From contig OZ281500.1 in the NCBI GenBank assembly GCA_965637545.1, positions 23,498,001 through 23,562,000 of the forward strand: a stretch of 64,000 bases of DNA. The letters are read 5' to 3'. Each line of letters begins with the position of its first letter. Position 1 is the first letter of the stretch. Origin of the DNA: Phallusia mammillata (taxonomy: Eukaryota). Below are positions 9,801 through 20,538 of this stretch, in pieces. The notes below the pieces were generated by a model. That model made no database searches and was not told where the DNA came from. It saw only the letters and a program-made list of their open reading frames with translations. Position numbers and translations under genes: made by a program.

Positions 9801-12800
9801 AGCGTCTCAACACACCTCAATACCCTGTTGTAGCAAAAACAGGGTAAACATACAGCAAACGGAGTAAACCTCTGGTAAACCGGATTCGGTTAATCCGGGT
9901 CTTCGCCAAATTCGGACAAAACTCGGGGTACAAATGATTTGTAATGTGGTAAGGCTTTAACTAAGCGACAGCAGTTTTATTCGGATCTTCGCCTAATTCG
10001 GACAAATTATTTGGTACTAACTGGTCCGGATTAACGGAGGTTTACTCAATTATAATAAAATTTCAATTTAGGTGCTACATATGTTTAAAAGAGTCATACA
10101 ATACTGGTAAATTCACAGTACGTCAGGCTATAGGGCAGGGGTGGGCAACCTTTGTTACTGTAGGGTCAATTATAAATGTCAAAATTGGATCGAGGGCCGC
10201 ACATGTTCATCACACAAAGTGATTTTGCTTTGTTTCTTACCAAATATGCTACACGTATAATTTGTATTTGATTCTAGCCACATTTTGCCAGATCGCACAA
10301 AACTAGCATCAGGCGCATTAATCAGCTCAAAAATATGTAATAATTGGACTCGTTTGCCAGTACTTTTGAAATCCAAGCGTCTCTGCGGGCCGCACAAGCT
10401 TTAATGAAGGGCCACATGCGGTCCGCAGGTTGCCCACCCCTGCTATAGGGTAACAGTTAATAAGCCAGTCTCCCAAGCGCTCCCATAGGCAGGAAAATTC
10501 CAGCCTGCGCTGGGATTCGAACCCACGACAGCAATCTATCCGGGGCTGGTGTTCTACCAACCAACAAGACTTCATATTAAAGTGTGGCATTATCGCTGAT
10601 TTGAATAAACGCTTGAGGACTAATCTCAGTAATGAATATATACATCATCAAAATGTACGAAATTTACCCTAATGTTTTACTGACAAATAACTGCTATTGT
10701 CATTCATGACGAAACTTACGCCGGGTCATCAGTTCTTAGACCTGGCGTTGTAATCGACCTAGCTGTCATCCTCTCATAGGATTGGGGATCCAAACTCAAC
10801 ACATTATGATCCAGAGGCATACAGTCGATGTAGAGATTGTATCTGTAAGCACAAGTTGATTTGTTTACATTCAATGCCGAACAAACGTCTCTGGCAATTC
10901 ATTGTATTTCCTATGGCAGTTGTTCGTAAAAGTTTGAAACATATACGAAGTAGTTGCGTCGCATTTAGTAATGATCCAACGATTTTGTCACCCACTATTT
11001 TGTGCTTCATAATGTTTTTAACGTTGTGATTGCTCAGTGCTATTTTCTCTATGTTTTTTTGTACCAAGCGAAATGATCTCAACTCAACCGCTTTTTCTTA
11101 ACAACTACAAAACCACGGTTTCCAGTAGCAACTATGAAATTCATTACCTAATGAGGCCTTCGGTTTTCTTGCGCAGCCTGTAAGCTTCGGCCACTCTGTG
11201 TGCGAATACAGAAGCGTCCTCAGCTCTAAACATGAGACGTACTCTGGGAATCCAGTATTGGTGAGGAATTGAAAGTCGTGAACCTGCATTAAAAGTTTGA
11301 TATTTTTACATGTGCAATTTGTTGTTACATCAATAAACATTAAACACCCTTTATTCACTGGCTCTGTTTTGCAGTAATTCCCAAGTGTGGGAGTAATGAT
11401 TTGAAATCTCAATTGGGTTAATAAACAAATAAACATCTGTGGGTTTGCATGTATTTCCGGCCTAATCAATATATTAGCTGAATTGTGCAGTTACATTTTT
11501 TTCGCCCAGCAAAATAAACTCAAATCATTTAAAGTTCATTGAAAAACCAAAATACAATCTGATATAGTATTTACCGGTTCGTGAAACAACTCCACCATTC
11601 ACCACCGGATGACCTCTAGTATCCAATATTCGACCTTGATCATCAACTTTCTGTACCAGCCATAACATAGCTTCCTCGTCATAATCCAATACTCCAACAT
11701 TGATCCACTTGTAAACTAGACTGGGATCTTTCGGATCAACTGCAACAATACAAAGAAAGTGTTATTGGTGTTTTTTTGTGATACTTTGATTCCAAGAGTG
11801 CATAAATAGACATGAAAATATCTTTACTTGAGTTACCAAACACTTTTTCAAGTAAAATGTCCACTTGCACATAAAGTTGATAAACTGGAATTAAATATCA
11901 AACTATCACATGTCTTTGTCTTTAAGCATGTATACTTCTTCTTAAAAAAACAATACTTTCAACAACTGGCATATAAAAACAAAAATTGATTTATATTTTT
12001 TAGCTTTATTTTAAATCAAGCTAGATTAATTACTTTGTCATTGGTTTCAGGACATTGCTTACTATTTCCAGTTATTAGGGGTTTAAACGTTAAACCAAAC
12101 TATGTTATGAAAACAAATAGATACTTACCAAATTTATCATCTTCTGGATAGTATTCACATAAGTAACACAAAACACAGTTTTTATAAAACAACTTCTAAA
12201 CTCAACACTAAAATGAATGTTTTGTCCAATACAACTTAGCAACATTACCTTTCTTGCCGCTGTCTTCAGAAGGCAGCAGTGCTTTCCCTGGAACAGGTTT
12301 CCTCGTATGTGAGCCTGGTTCGACTCCGAGTTGCAGCCATTCATTAGGTGTGCGACAATCATATTCTGTGTTGTCGAATATTTCCAAAGGTAGAAAAGGT
12401 GGAAATGGAGCTGGATCTGGTGATTTGTTCAGTTGGACTTTGTGATTTTCGGGAATGTGTTTCGGCATCAGTTTGTTTATGTCAACCCCCTCTAGGTGGA
12501 GCAAGTGGGTGAGACGTTGTCTTGCAAAGTTTCGTTTCCCCCTAAAGCACAGTGCCTCTTCGTAAAAACTGAATTATGTCGTTTAACTTTTTTGCAAGGT
12601 GGTGAGGGTGAACACTAAACTTTATGTTTTGTAGTAAAGAAAATAAAAAACAAATGCAAGTTGGTTGATAAAGCAATCTACTTCATAATTTAAAACTCTA
12701 TCTCTAGAACTATGACAAAATGTGTCATGCAATAGATTTAGTTATGATAGTAACTTGGTCATGAACTTAGATTCAGTCATAAAGTTTAAAAATTCCAAAA

Positions 12801-14989
12801 TTTATAAAATTCTAAATGAGGTCTTATGAAAACATTGCTATGTTTCACCAAAACAACAGCTTGAAAGTTTTTGCTCACAACATGCACACACCTTTCGATC
12901 TCAATCTTTCTTGGAACATCTCCAGGTGGAACATAATATGGAGTTTGCACTTTCGGCTGCCAGGCCTTGGTGGGAAAATCAGTTTTGGTCAAAAGTTCAG
13001 TGGTGGGACCGAACTGTTGCTCCTTAATGATGGAATTAAGTGAGGGTTCATCTGGACTGGTGAAGGTGTTAACTGTCAAAAACATTAAGGTGTTACTAAG
13101 TTTGTTTTATCTTAACACAAGTAGGTTTAGTTGAAAATCTTTCTATGAAGTCCTCTGCTAAGTGCATTAATCATCACAGTATTTTCTTTGTATGCATCAT
13201 TAAGCGAAAGAAGCAAAAAAATTATATTTCTGGAATGATCTGGCTTTTGTCAAAATCTTCTGAAATTTCCTAAAGTCACAGAAATAAAACAATTGAAGGC
13301 TATGTAACAAAAACATGATAAAATATTGCAGGGATTCTAAAAACATTCCAGATTATTCTGGCTTACTTTTACTGCACAATTTCCCAACAAAATGGAACTA
13401 GTAGGCATGTGTTTGACCAGAATAAGCGATTGAACAAATCTGTCTGTAAATATTTCCCAACATAAAATTTGAACACCTTTTTTTCATAATATAAGTAACC
13501 AAAAAGTACATTAGCAACTACCCATGTATACAATAAAGTTTGGAAAATGCATAAATTGTTATGTTCACCTGATGGAAGATGCTCTTTTTTCAGACTTTTG
13601 TAAAGCAAATCCTGTTCTACTTCCGGAGCTGTCATCACATTCTGTGTGGTAAAGTAATGGATAATTATTCTAAAAGTTTCATTTTCTTGATATTTTCCCA
13701 TTTTTTGCTAAAAAAGGCTTTAGGACAGATGGACTAAACAAAGAGCATTCAAAGCAAAAGGTCATGAGCCAGTTCACTTGACCTTACTACTGTAGGCACA
13801 ACGACATATACACAAGAATCCAGTTATTAATCTAGTTAACTGCACACAAAAGTTTGGAAAAACAAACCTTTGTTACTGTGGGGCCAAATACAATTGCCAA
13901 AATTAGATCGGAGGCCATACCTGTGTATAATACAAGCTGCTTTGACTTTTTTGCTTACCAAATATGCTTAAGTACAAGTAAACTTCACATTTGATTCTAG
14001 CCACATATTGCCAAGTCGCATAAAAATAGCAACGGGTGCATTAATCTGTTCTAAAATATATAATATTTGGACTCGTTTGCCAGTACATTTGAAATCCAAG
14101 CGTCTCTGCGGGCCGCACAACGTTTATTCAAGGGCCGCATTTAGCTCGCGGGCCGCAGATTGCACACTACCGATTTAAACTATAAAACTTACCCCTAATT
14201 GTTCTGATGCACCAGGATTAATAACATCGGAGTAAAAACCTCTTTGACACATCACAGACTGTTTGATGGGACCTCCATCCATGTTTGTCTGTAAACATTA
14301 GCAAACAATAATTTTGGCTTGATATATTTTCTATTCTCTCAATACTAGGCACAAATTGGGTCTTCATGACAGTATAGTTTACAATGTTTCACTCTTGTCA
14401 TGTACCAAGATGAAAATGGGCCTGAATACACTGACAAAATGTGAGTGCACATAATAACTTGTAATATGCCTGACATTAACGCATGCATTTGTATTACCAG
14501 ATTATACATGTGTCTACCTGTTTGTATTTGACAAAACATCACAAGAGTAATGACTTAAGAAAGCAGCATAAAAAATGGTAGTACAGGTTGCTATAAAAGT
14601 AGTACAGGTTGCTAAACTTCACTGACAACATACTTCTAATAACTATAACAAAGTTTATTAACACTTAAAACTATTGATGCAAAAGTAGTTTCATTCCTTA
14701 GATTTATAAAAACTGTGATTTGTAATCCAGACAGAAATATATATTTGTAAACATGTTTACAATTAAATAGCCTACAAATGCTCAATGGTTAGGAAGAACT
14801 TTCCACAAGTCAGACATATATATTCCAGAATTACAAATCAACAAAACTTACATGTTTTGATCTGACACTCATTTGTGAAGTTTGTGGTGAAGTTAACTTT
14901 CTACTTCTGCTCAGCGAAGTTCTCGGCGGATGGGGCTCTTTCTGTCCGGGACCACCAAAGTAGTCATGGCCACCAGAATAGCCGTTCAT
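3853..14989 (-). CDS. DNAH1: Axonemal inner-arm dynein heavy chain 1-like, N-terminal tail only (~883 aa visible; continues or ends beyond 3853)
   Basis: 17 phase-consistent GT-AG exons: 14989-14852, 14288-14193, 13641-13569, 13072-12892, 12541-12249, 11739-11575, 11283-11148, 10842-10720, 9824-9667, 8448-8345, 7875-7765, 7347-7180, 6621-6450, 6069-5865, 5319-5221, 4785-4560, 4055-3853. Peptides FDNTEYDCRTPNEW...RKPVPGKALLP, VGVLDYDEE, KGWFNMYESNWEVY, RQSLSKKRK and RKLFEKPNTIEELTEMRDWMKG track my recollection of vertebrate DNAH1 in order. The first two exons and the start codon are less certain. Confidence 0.92.
4838..4888 (+). repeat. Short dispersed repeat (~50 bp), copy 1; copy 2 at ~53118-53166
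   Basis: TGGGATCAGCC...ATGCAGACCAG(C/T)GATCACGGCACAC is shared by both sites. Confidence 0.6.
6735..7040. repeat. 33-bp minisatellite, ~9 units, consensus GACTCAGCAAATGCTCGACTTGACTTGAGTCGT
   Basis: Units read directly in the dynein intron 6622-7179 and decay leftwards to ~6650. Perfect TGACTCAGCA at 6904, 6932, 6965 and 6998. The repeat explains spurious ORF 6838-7041 (HLLSHDPSQVE repeats). Confidence 0.9.
8223..8255 (-). repeat. Degenerate hammerhead-like remnant, family C
   Basis: Minus strand reads cttGGTGACATC-agcac-TTGTCGAAACGTT, resembling 63361 CTGATGACATC-ttgatatg-TTGTCGAAACGTT. The core is mutated. Confidence 0.35.
9862..10047. mobile_element. MITE-like element with GAGTAAACCTC terminal inverted repeats
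   Basis: GAGTAAACCTC at 9862 and GAGGTTTACTC ending at 10047. Internal duplicated TCTTCGCC(A/T)AATTCGGACAAA and a sub-terminal TTAATCCGG/CCGGATTAA inverted repeat. Confidence 0.65.
10136..10442. mobile_element. Non-autonomous hAT (Charlie/Chaplin-like) MITE with a perfect 8-bp TSD
   Basis: TIRs CAGGGGTGGGCAACC / GGTTGCCCACCCCTG. TSD CTATAGGG at 10128-10135 and 10443-10450. Sub-terminal GCGGGCCG motifs. Confidence 0.9.
10465..10570 (-). mobile_element. tRNA-derived SINE head
   Basis: Minus strand has an A-box-like TGGTTGGTAGAAC and a B-box GGTTCGAATCCC followed by AGCGCAGGCTGGAATTTT. No full cloverleaf. The same tail occurs at 50041-50064. Confidence 0.6.
13855..14172. mobile_element. Older copy of the 10136-10442 hAT MITE family
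   Basis: Shares long blocks such as ATTTGATTCTAGCCACAT and TTGGACTCGTTTGCCAGTAC(A/T)TTTGAAATCCAAGCGTCTCTGCGGGCCGCACAA. TIRs are eroded. Confidence 0.85.
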
Positions 14990-16029
14990 TTTTATGCAGA
15001 TTGTTAGCACCAACAAACAATTAATTGGCTATGTGCTACACAAAAAACTAGACTAGAAGAAAACAAACAATCATTTAGTCGCATATTTCATAGATGGTTA
15101 TGCACCCCAGCAAAAATGTCACATATACATACACTTTTCATCTCTTAAAGTTGCTAAAACTTGTAGTATTTTCTATCATCAAAGCAAAATGAAAAAAATT
15201 GATGCATCCCAGTCTACAGAACTAATAGTAGTTGTTGACAATCTCGGGCACGCAAGACCAAGCACACTGTATGTCCTGCATGCACACTGCATGGCCTTTA
15301 AGTCGATGTGCAAGACCAATTTCAGCAGATGCAGAGCAAGCGATAGAGGTCGAGTTAGAATTTGAAAGCCTTTGGTGGTGAAAAATTTCCGCGTGCAACC
15401 AAAAAAAATTGGTCGGCAAACAATAATCGCGTGTGCAGCTGCTATACAGATTGGCATGCACCATAAACATTTTTCTGATGCTTAGCTTGGCTACTAACAA
15501 TAAATATTTTACTGACAAAGTTTTCATTTTTTAACAAATTAGTTTGACACTATAAAAATAACAAAATTTCATGTGCTAGTTTTCTAAACCTTGTTTTAAT
15601 AATTAACAGTTGAACTGCAAGAATCATAACTCAGTTGCAAGGAATATATGGATTTGAATTTTTGAGTATGGATTTTAATTTGACTTTTTGAAACTCTAAA
15701 ATGCCCCCACAAACACAAAGTACGCAAAACATTTACTTGCACACGATATTGCTTGCAATTGGGACAAAATAAATGGCTTAATGCTGTAGTCTTAATTGGT
15801 CAAATTTGAAGACTGCTTCCAAATAGTTACATTAACGTTGAAAGCAAAACACGACAAGCAATAATGAATAACAGTTGCTGGTGTTTAATAATATATAGTT
15901 GCGTGCGTTATTAAATTGTAAAATGAGAACAACTTTATTTCATCAAATAAACTTTGAAAACATTAATTTACATTTGCAAAATAACAAACCGTCTTCCAAA
16001 CAAACTGTTCCAAAGAAACTTTTCGTCTG

Positions 16030-16043
16030 GTTTCTATAGAGAC
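16030..16043. promoter_or_regulatory. RFX X-box in the divergent intergenic region upstream of the dynein gene
   Basis: GTTTCTATAGAGAC; the minus strand GTCTCT-AT-AGAAAC fits GTYNCY-AT-RGNAAC. RFX control of axonemal genes is established; occupancy here is inferred. Confidence 0.55.
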
Positions 16044-16905
16044 GCCACCAAACTGGGCGCCCACTAGCGAAAACAACTTATGCCTCTTGTGTTTGTGCTG
16101 CATTTATTTAAACAAAATTGTTCGCATTTAACTTGAGACCAGGTTAAATTTAGACATACATTCTACAAACTTAGGTCAGAAATGTTAATGTTTTTGGTAA
16201 CCACTGTTTAATGATGCAATACTTCATATGTTGCATATCATAACTCCACTTTGCTCAAAAATCAGTAAAAATTGTTACTAAACATGTAAATTTACGCATT
16301 TTTTCTTATTTCAAAACAAGATGTTGCAAAATAAGATTAAAAGGGCAATTTCAGTGACCCCAAACTTCATTTATCTTTATTTTGGTAAAAAAAACTTAAA
16401 AACTTATAAGGGTCACCAATAAGTAAAAAACATTCAACTTACTTTTTTCAAAATTTATGTTTATAAGACACACTACTGACATGTATTTTTTACAAAATTT
16501 CATTAAAACCTGAGCAAAAATCACCCAAGGTCGTCGGCACAGGTCAAAGGTCAGATGAATCGGTACGTGATCGCCAAATTTGTTTCCAGGTTTTTTTGTT
16601 GGTTTTCATTAATTAACTGTTTTATGCTGTGTTGGTTGATTGTTTCAATAATAAAATCATTTTTTCTTTTCGTCACCCTCCTAAAAACAAACCAATATAT
16701 TTTTCAACCGGTAAAGGTCGATTTTTACCAAAAATTGAACGCCAAAATGTTTGCATTTTTAGCATTTCAATTTTTTTGCACAAGTGTTTATAAGTATGAT
16801 TATTGTAATATTGGTTGTTGCAGTGAGTTGTGACACTTTTATGTAAAATCACTTGAATTTGTTCAGGTTGTAGTCAAGTTTTAGTTTCTGTAAATAATTG
16901 GCAAT

Positions 16906-19514
16906 ATGTTGATGACACGACTTCTAACCACTAATGTCCGAAGGTTTTCAACCTTGTACAGAAAACCTGCCCCCAAGCGTAAGTTGTGTTGTTTGTACAC
17001 AAAATAATATATTTATGATAAGTGTAATAATGTGTAGCAAATTTAATTAGTTAGTATGTTTAATCATTGTACTATAGAGCTATTGGTCAAAGTTGCACCT
17101 GCCATTCCTATGAGATCAATGTCTGGTGGAATCGAAATGAAACCATTGAATGCTGTTTTGTGGTTTGTTGGACTATCAGTACCTATTGTCATTGTGGTAA
17201 GCTAAACAAGTTTTAGAAAACAAAACAATATGTACAATTGTGCAAGGTAATAAATTTACATGTTAAAACAGGCATATGCAGCGGGGAAACAAATTCTCGG
17301 AAGATTTGACCAGGCTGATGCTGGGTTATATGGACCACCACTAAAACGCATCACCAATGATGAGTGGCTGGAACTTAAAGGAAAGGTGAAGCAAGATTTG
17401 ATTTTGTTATATATGTGATGTATTGGTGTGTCTACATAACAAGTATATAGGTGGCTCCCCAGTTACTTGTTTTACCCTACCTTTACCAATTGAAACTGCA
17501 AAATGAAATATGTCTGCAATAGTGCGGTATGGTGGATACATTAGCTCATATGGCTGATTTCTCATCACTAGTTGCACTGATGAGACCTTATAGTTCGAAA
17601 CTGTGTGCATTGTGTGCTGCAAATCTATCTTAGTTTAATAGCACACCATGTTTTTCAAATAAGATTCCTGGGAATAAAACTTGTTCTGATTGTAAAATTT
17701 CAGTTTGCGTTTTTTTTTATAGTTTTATGTAATGCAATGTACTCAGGCTTTTATACTGTATTCTATAGCTTGCCTAAATGTTTTTTTAGCACAAAGCTGC
17801 AACCGTTGTTGTTTTTTACTTTTCTTAACAGATACTGGCCATGGCTGATACTGAAGAAGAAGACGAAGGTAGGAAAACTGTGCATGTTTTTTTTTAATTT
17901 ATAGATTTTGGTTGTGAAGTATCAGAACTAACTAAAGTTCTTTTACATATTGTATGTCAATTGTAATTGAACTAAATTGAATAAGACAGCAAATCGTTTA
18001 TTTTGATGTTCAAGTTCAACTTTTGTAAGGTACTTCAAGTTTGAAACAATTTGTGAAATTTTTATCATTTGCTGGTGAACAGAATTTTATGTTAATTTGC
18101 AATGTACTTGGGTTTCCCAGTAACCCTGAATTTTTCGGATATAATATCCACGCACAATGCACGTGACAACAAACAAACAGCAAAATAGGCACATTAAGTT
18201 TAAATATACGGAGCGAAATCAGAGTGATGTTTAAAGCGACCAAAGCAAGACCGCAATGTCAGTGAACAACAACTGGTTTAAGGTGAGGTTTGGGTTAATG
18301 TAATGTTCAACTAACGTCAAACATCAATGAATGCCTGTTTGTCTTGTCACGTGCATTTTGCATGTAATACATGTTGTGGTGAAATATGTGGCTGTGTTTT
18401 TTAAAGTTGGATTGGTTAAATATGTTTGTAAATTGGTTAAAACATTTGAAAATGAAAATTGTTGTTCAAAAACTCTGAAAAGGGTAAAAAAATTAAAATA
18501 AAAAAATCTTAGCTGGTAGCCATAAACTTAAAATCAAATTATTTTTGAAGCATGATGTTATGTGAAAATATTGTGTAAAGCTTTGTCAGTTGAAAAAGCT
18601 GACGATAAAGACATCAGGCATGCATTGGTTAATTATTGGGCATTTGCATGTAATACTGAAACTGTGTTTGTAATTTTTGTCTCTCAATTTGTAACGTTTA
18701 ATGTGCAGATGAAGAAGAAGGTGAGGCAGAAGCTACATCTGAAACAGCCAGCACTGTTGCTGAGGTGAATATTGTTTCGCGTAGTGGACTTTTTTTGATC
18801 TGCTGTGTTCCTGTGTGGCGAACAGGGTGGAACATATGTGTGTGTTTTAACAATGTAACTTGGACATGTTGGTAACATTCAGCTTTATGAACATTTCACC
18901 ACAATAATCCACCTTCGAAACAAGCTTAGCCTTGTCATGATTTATAACATATTTTCAGTTATACCACTCTCTAATTACTGTGTTGTTATTATATTTATAT
19001 TACTATGTTGTTATTATATTACTATGTAATTGTGTGTGTGAGTAGAGTGAATTATAAGGCATTTTTCATATTAATTGTAGCTTGGTTGGTGAAATCATTT
19101 AACAGGAAATTCATAGCACAAGTTAAACATCCCCTTTATCTAATATTATTCATGTTCATAATATTTTTACACAAGGCTATTGAAGAAGAAGACTTTGTCA
19201 TGATTGCGGAAGAAGGTGTCACTGGTAAGTTTAAGTTCATGCATTTTTGTTGATGCTAAACCAGCATTTTTAACGTGTTTTGACTTTTTAGAACAAGTAT
19301 CTCAAGAAGTCGGCAAGGACACCATTATATTTGTTGGTAAGTTGTAGACAATACCCTAACCACAATTTTTATGACCATTGCCATACAAATGTGTTGATGC
19401 CATATCTATCAATTGTATTTACATCACATGTATTATATATATGATTTATAAAAGATGATTTAGGTGTAATCCCTTCTCTGTTTTGTTTTTGCAGAGCCAC
19501 CGAAATCGGAGTAG
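16906..19514 (+). CDS. 170-aa predicted mitochondrial single-pass membrane protein with an acidic C-terminus (tentatively EMRE/SMDT1-like)
   Basis: Phase-consistent exons 16906-16978, 17078-17196, 17272-17385, 17832-17868, 18709-18764, 19176-19224, 19292-19336, 19495-19514 give MLMTRLLTTNVRRFSTLYRKPAPKQLLVKVAPAIPMRSMSGGIEMKPLNAVLWFVGLSVPIVIVAYAAGKQILGRFDQADAGLYGPPLKRITNDEWLELKGKILAMADTEEEDEDEEEGEAE...EPPKSE*. Features: an Arg/Ser/Thr/Leu-rich presequence with no acidic residues, one hydrophobic helix and an acidic tail. A probable non-coding exon ends at 16562. AATAAA at 19638. The gene model is better supported than the family call. Confidence 0.75.
17567..17615 (+). ncRNA. Hammerhead-like motif, family B, copy 2 (intronic, sense to host gene)
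   Basis: ugca-CUGAUGA(17577-17583)-GACC-uuaua-GUUC-GAAAC-U-GUG-UGCA. Confidence 0.55.
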
Positions 19515-19757
19515 TCAATAAGTGGCAAAGGACAATATTTCAAATTTTTTAGTTCCAAAGTTGAATTGCAAGTTCGGTTCTAGTGCCTACACAATATATA
19601 TTGTGGTTTTGTATTTTCGCCAATGCATCATGAATTTAATAAAAGAGCCTCAGCTTGAAAGTTGGTGTGTTTCGTTACGGATTTTGTTGACATACATTCT
19701 GTTCACCAGCAACTGTATAAAATATCTTCAGTGATTTTTTGTTTGTGTTTTACGCAG

Positions 19758-19828
19758 GTAAGCTATGTACAGTAAATTATGTTCTTGCTTAAAAACCTAA
19801 CAATGAAACTTTCTGTTTTCTTTTTCAG
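19758..19828 (+). other. 71-nt spliceosomal intron outside any CDS
   Basis: Donor CAG|GTAAGC, branch-like CCTAAC (19796-19801), pyrimidine tract TTTCTGTTTTCTTTTTCAG. Confidence 0.55.
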
Positions 19829-20538
19829 ATTAATGGAAACATCTTTATCCAGTTACTGTCTTATCCATTTTTTTTTTTCTTTTCTGCCTCAAAAATATGG
19901 TCTATGACAACATTCAGTTCCAAACTTTGTTGAATCCTGGAAAATAAAATATGACATTTTGCATTGTGTGTGAAATATTGAACTATAGGTGGCAGGAGTT
20001 TCTTTGGGAATGGGAACCTTTCTAATTTAAGCCGCATTGCAAAGCATGTAGTTTTCAAACTTATTAAACTTAACTCAAGCAAAATTATTTTTCAGTTGTG
20101 CAGGATTAGTTTGTCATTGTTGTTTTTCTTGAAAACCTGTCAATGGGTTAAAACCTATGCTTTAGTTCCTACAAAATATATTGAATTCCTATTAATGCCA
20201 CTGAGCCAATTTACAAAGACTGCCTATCTGCTATTACACCATGCAAAAACAACTAAGGCATCATAGAAACCATTAATATTTCAAGTCCTTTTACAACGAG
20301 ATAAGCGATCTTGTCTAATATCTACTACAGGGAAAAGTAGAAGGGCAAAACTTTAAAGTGAGATGATTCAGTTATGCACTGTTGCAGCTGAGAGCCATAA
20401 CTGCTGTTGCTATATCGAACAGTGGTGCAGTATATAAGCCTTGAGATTAATTCATGTATGCAATAACACAGTGGGTAGCTGCTTTAATAATTAAAATCGA
20501 ATTGCTGGTGAAAAGGGAATATCCTCTGTACTGACCAG

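Noticed and set aside
10465-10570. Possible tRNA gene (likewise 27120-27275, 56281-56345 and 61985-62130)
   Set aside because: B-boxes are present but no acceptor stem or complete cloverleaf can be built; treated as SINE remnants.
15179-15527. Two overlapping minus-strand ORFs upstream of the dynein start, with Cys/His patches
   Set aside because: No similarity to the dynein N-terminus or any domain I recognise, and no convincing splice sites.
16555-17310. 54-aa Cys-rich overlapping ORF from ATG 16555
   Set aside because: It arises only if the presequence exon (16867-16978) is skipped. With that exon included, ATG 16555 gives a 4-codon uORF (MNRL*).
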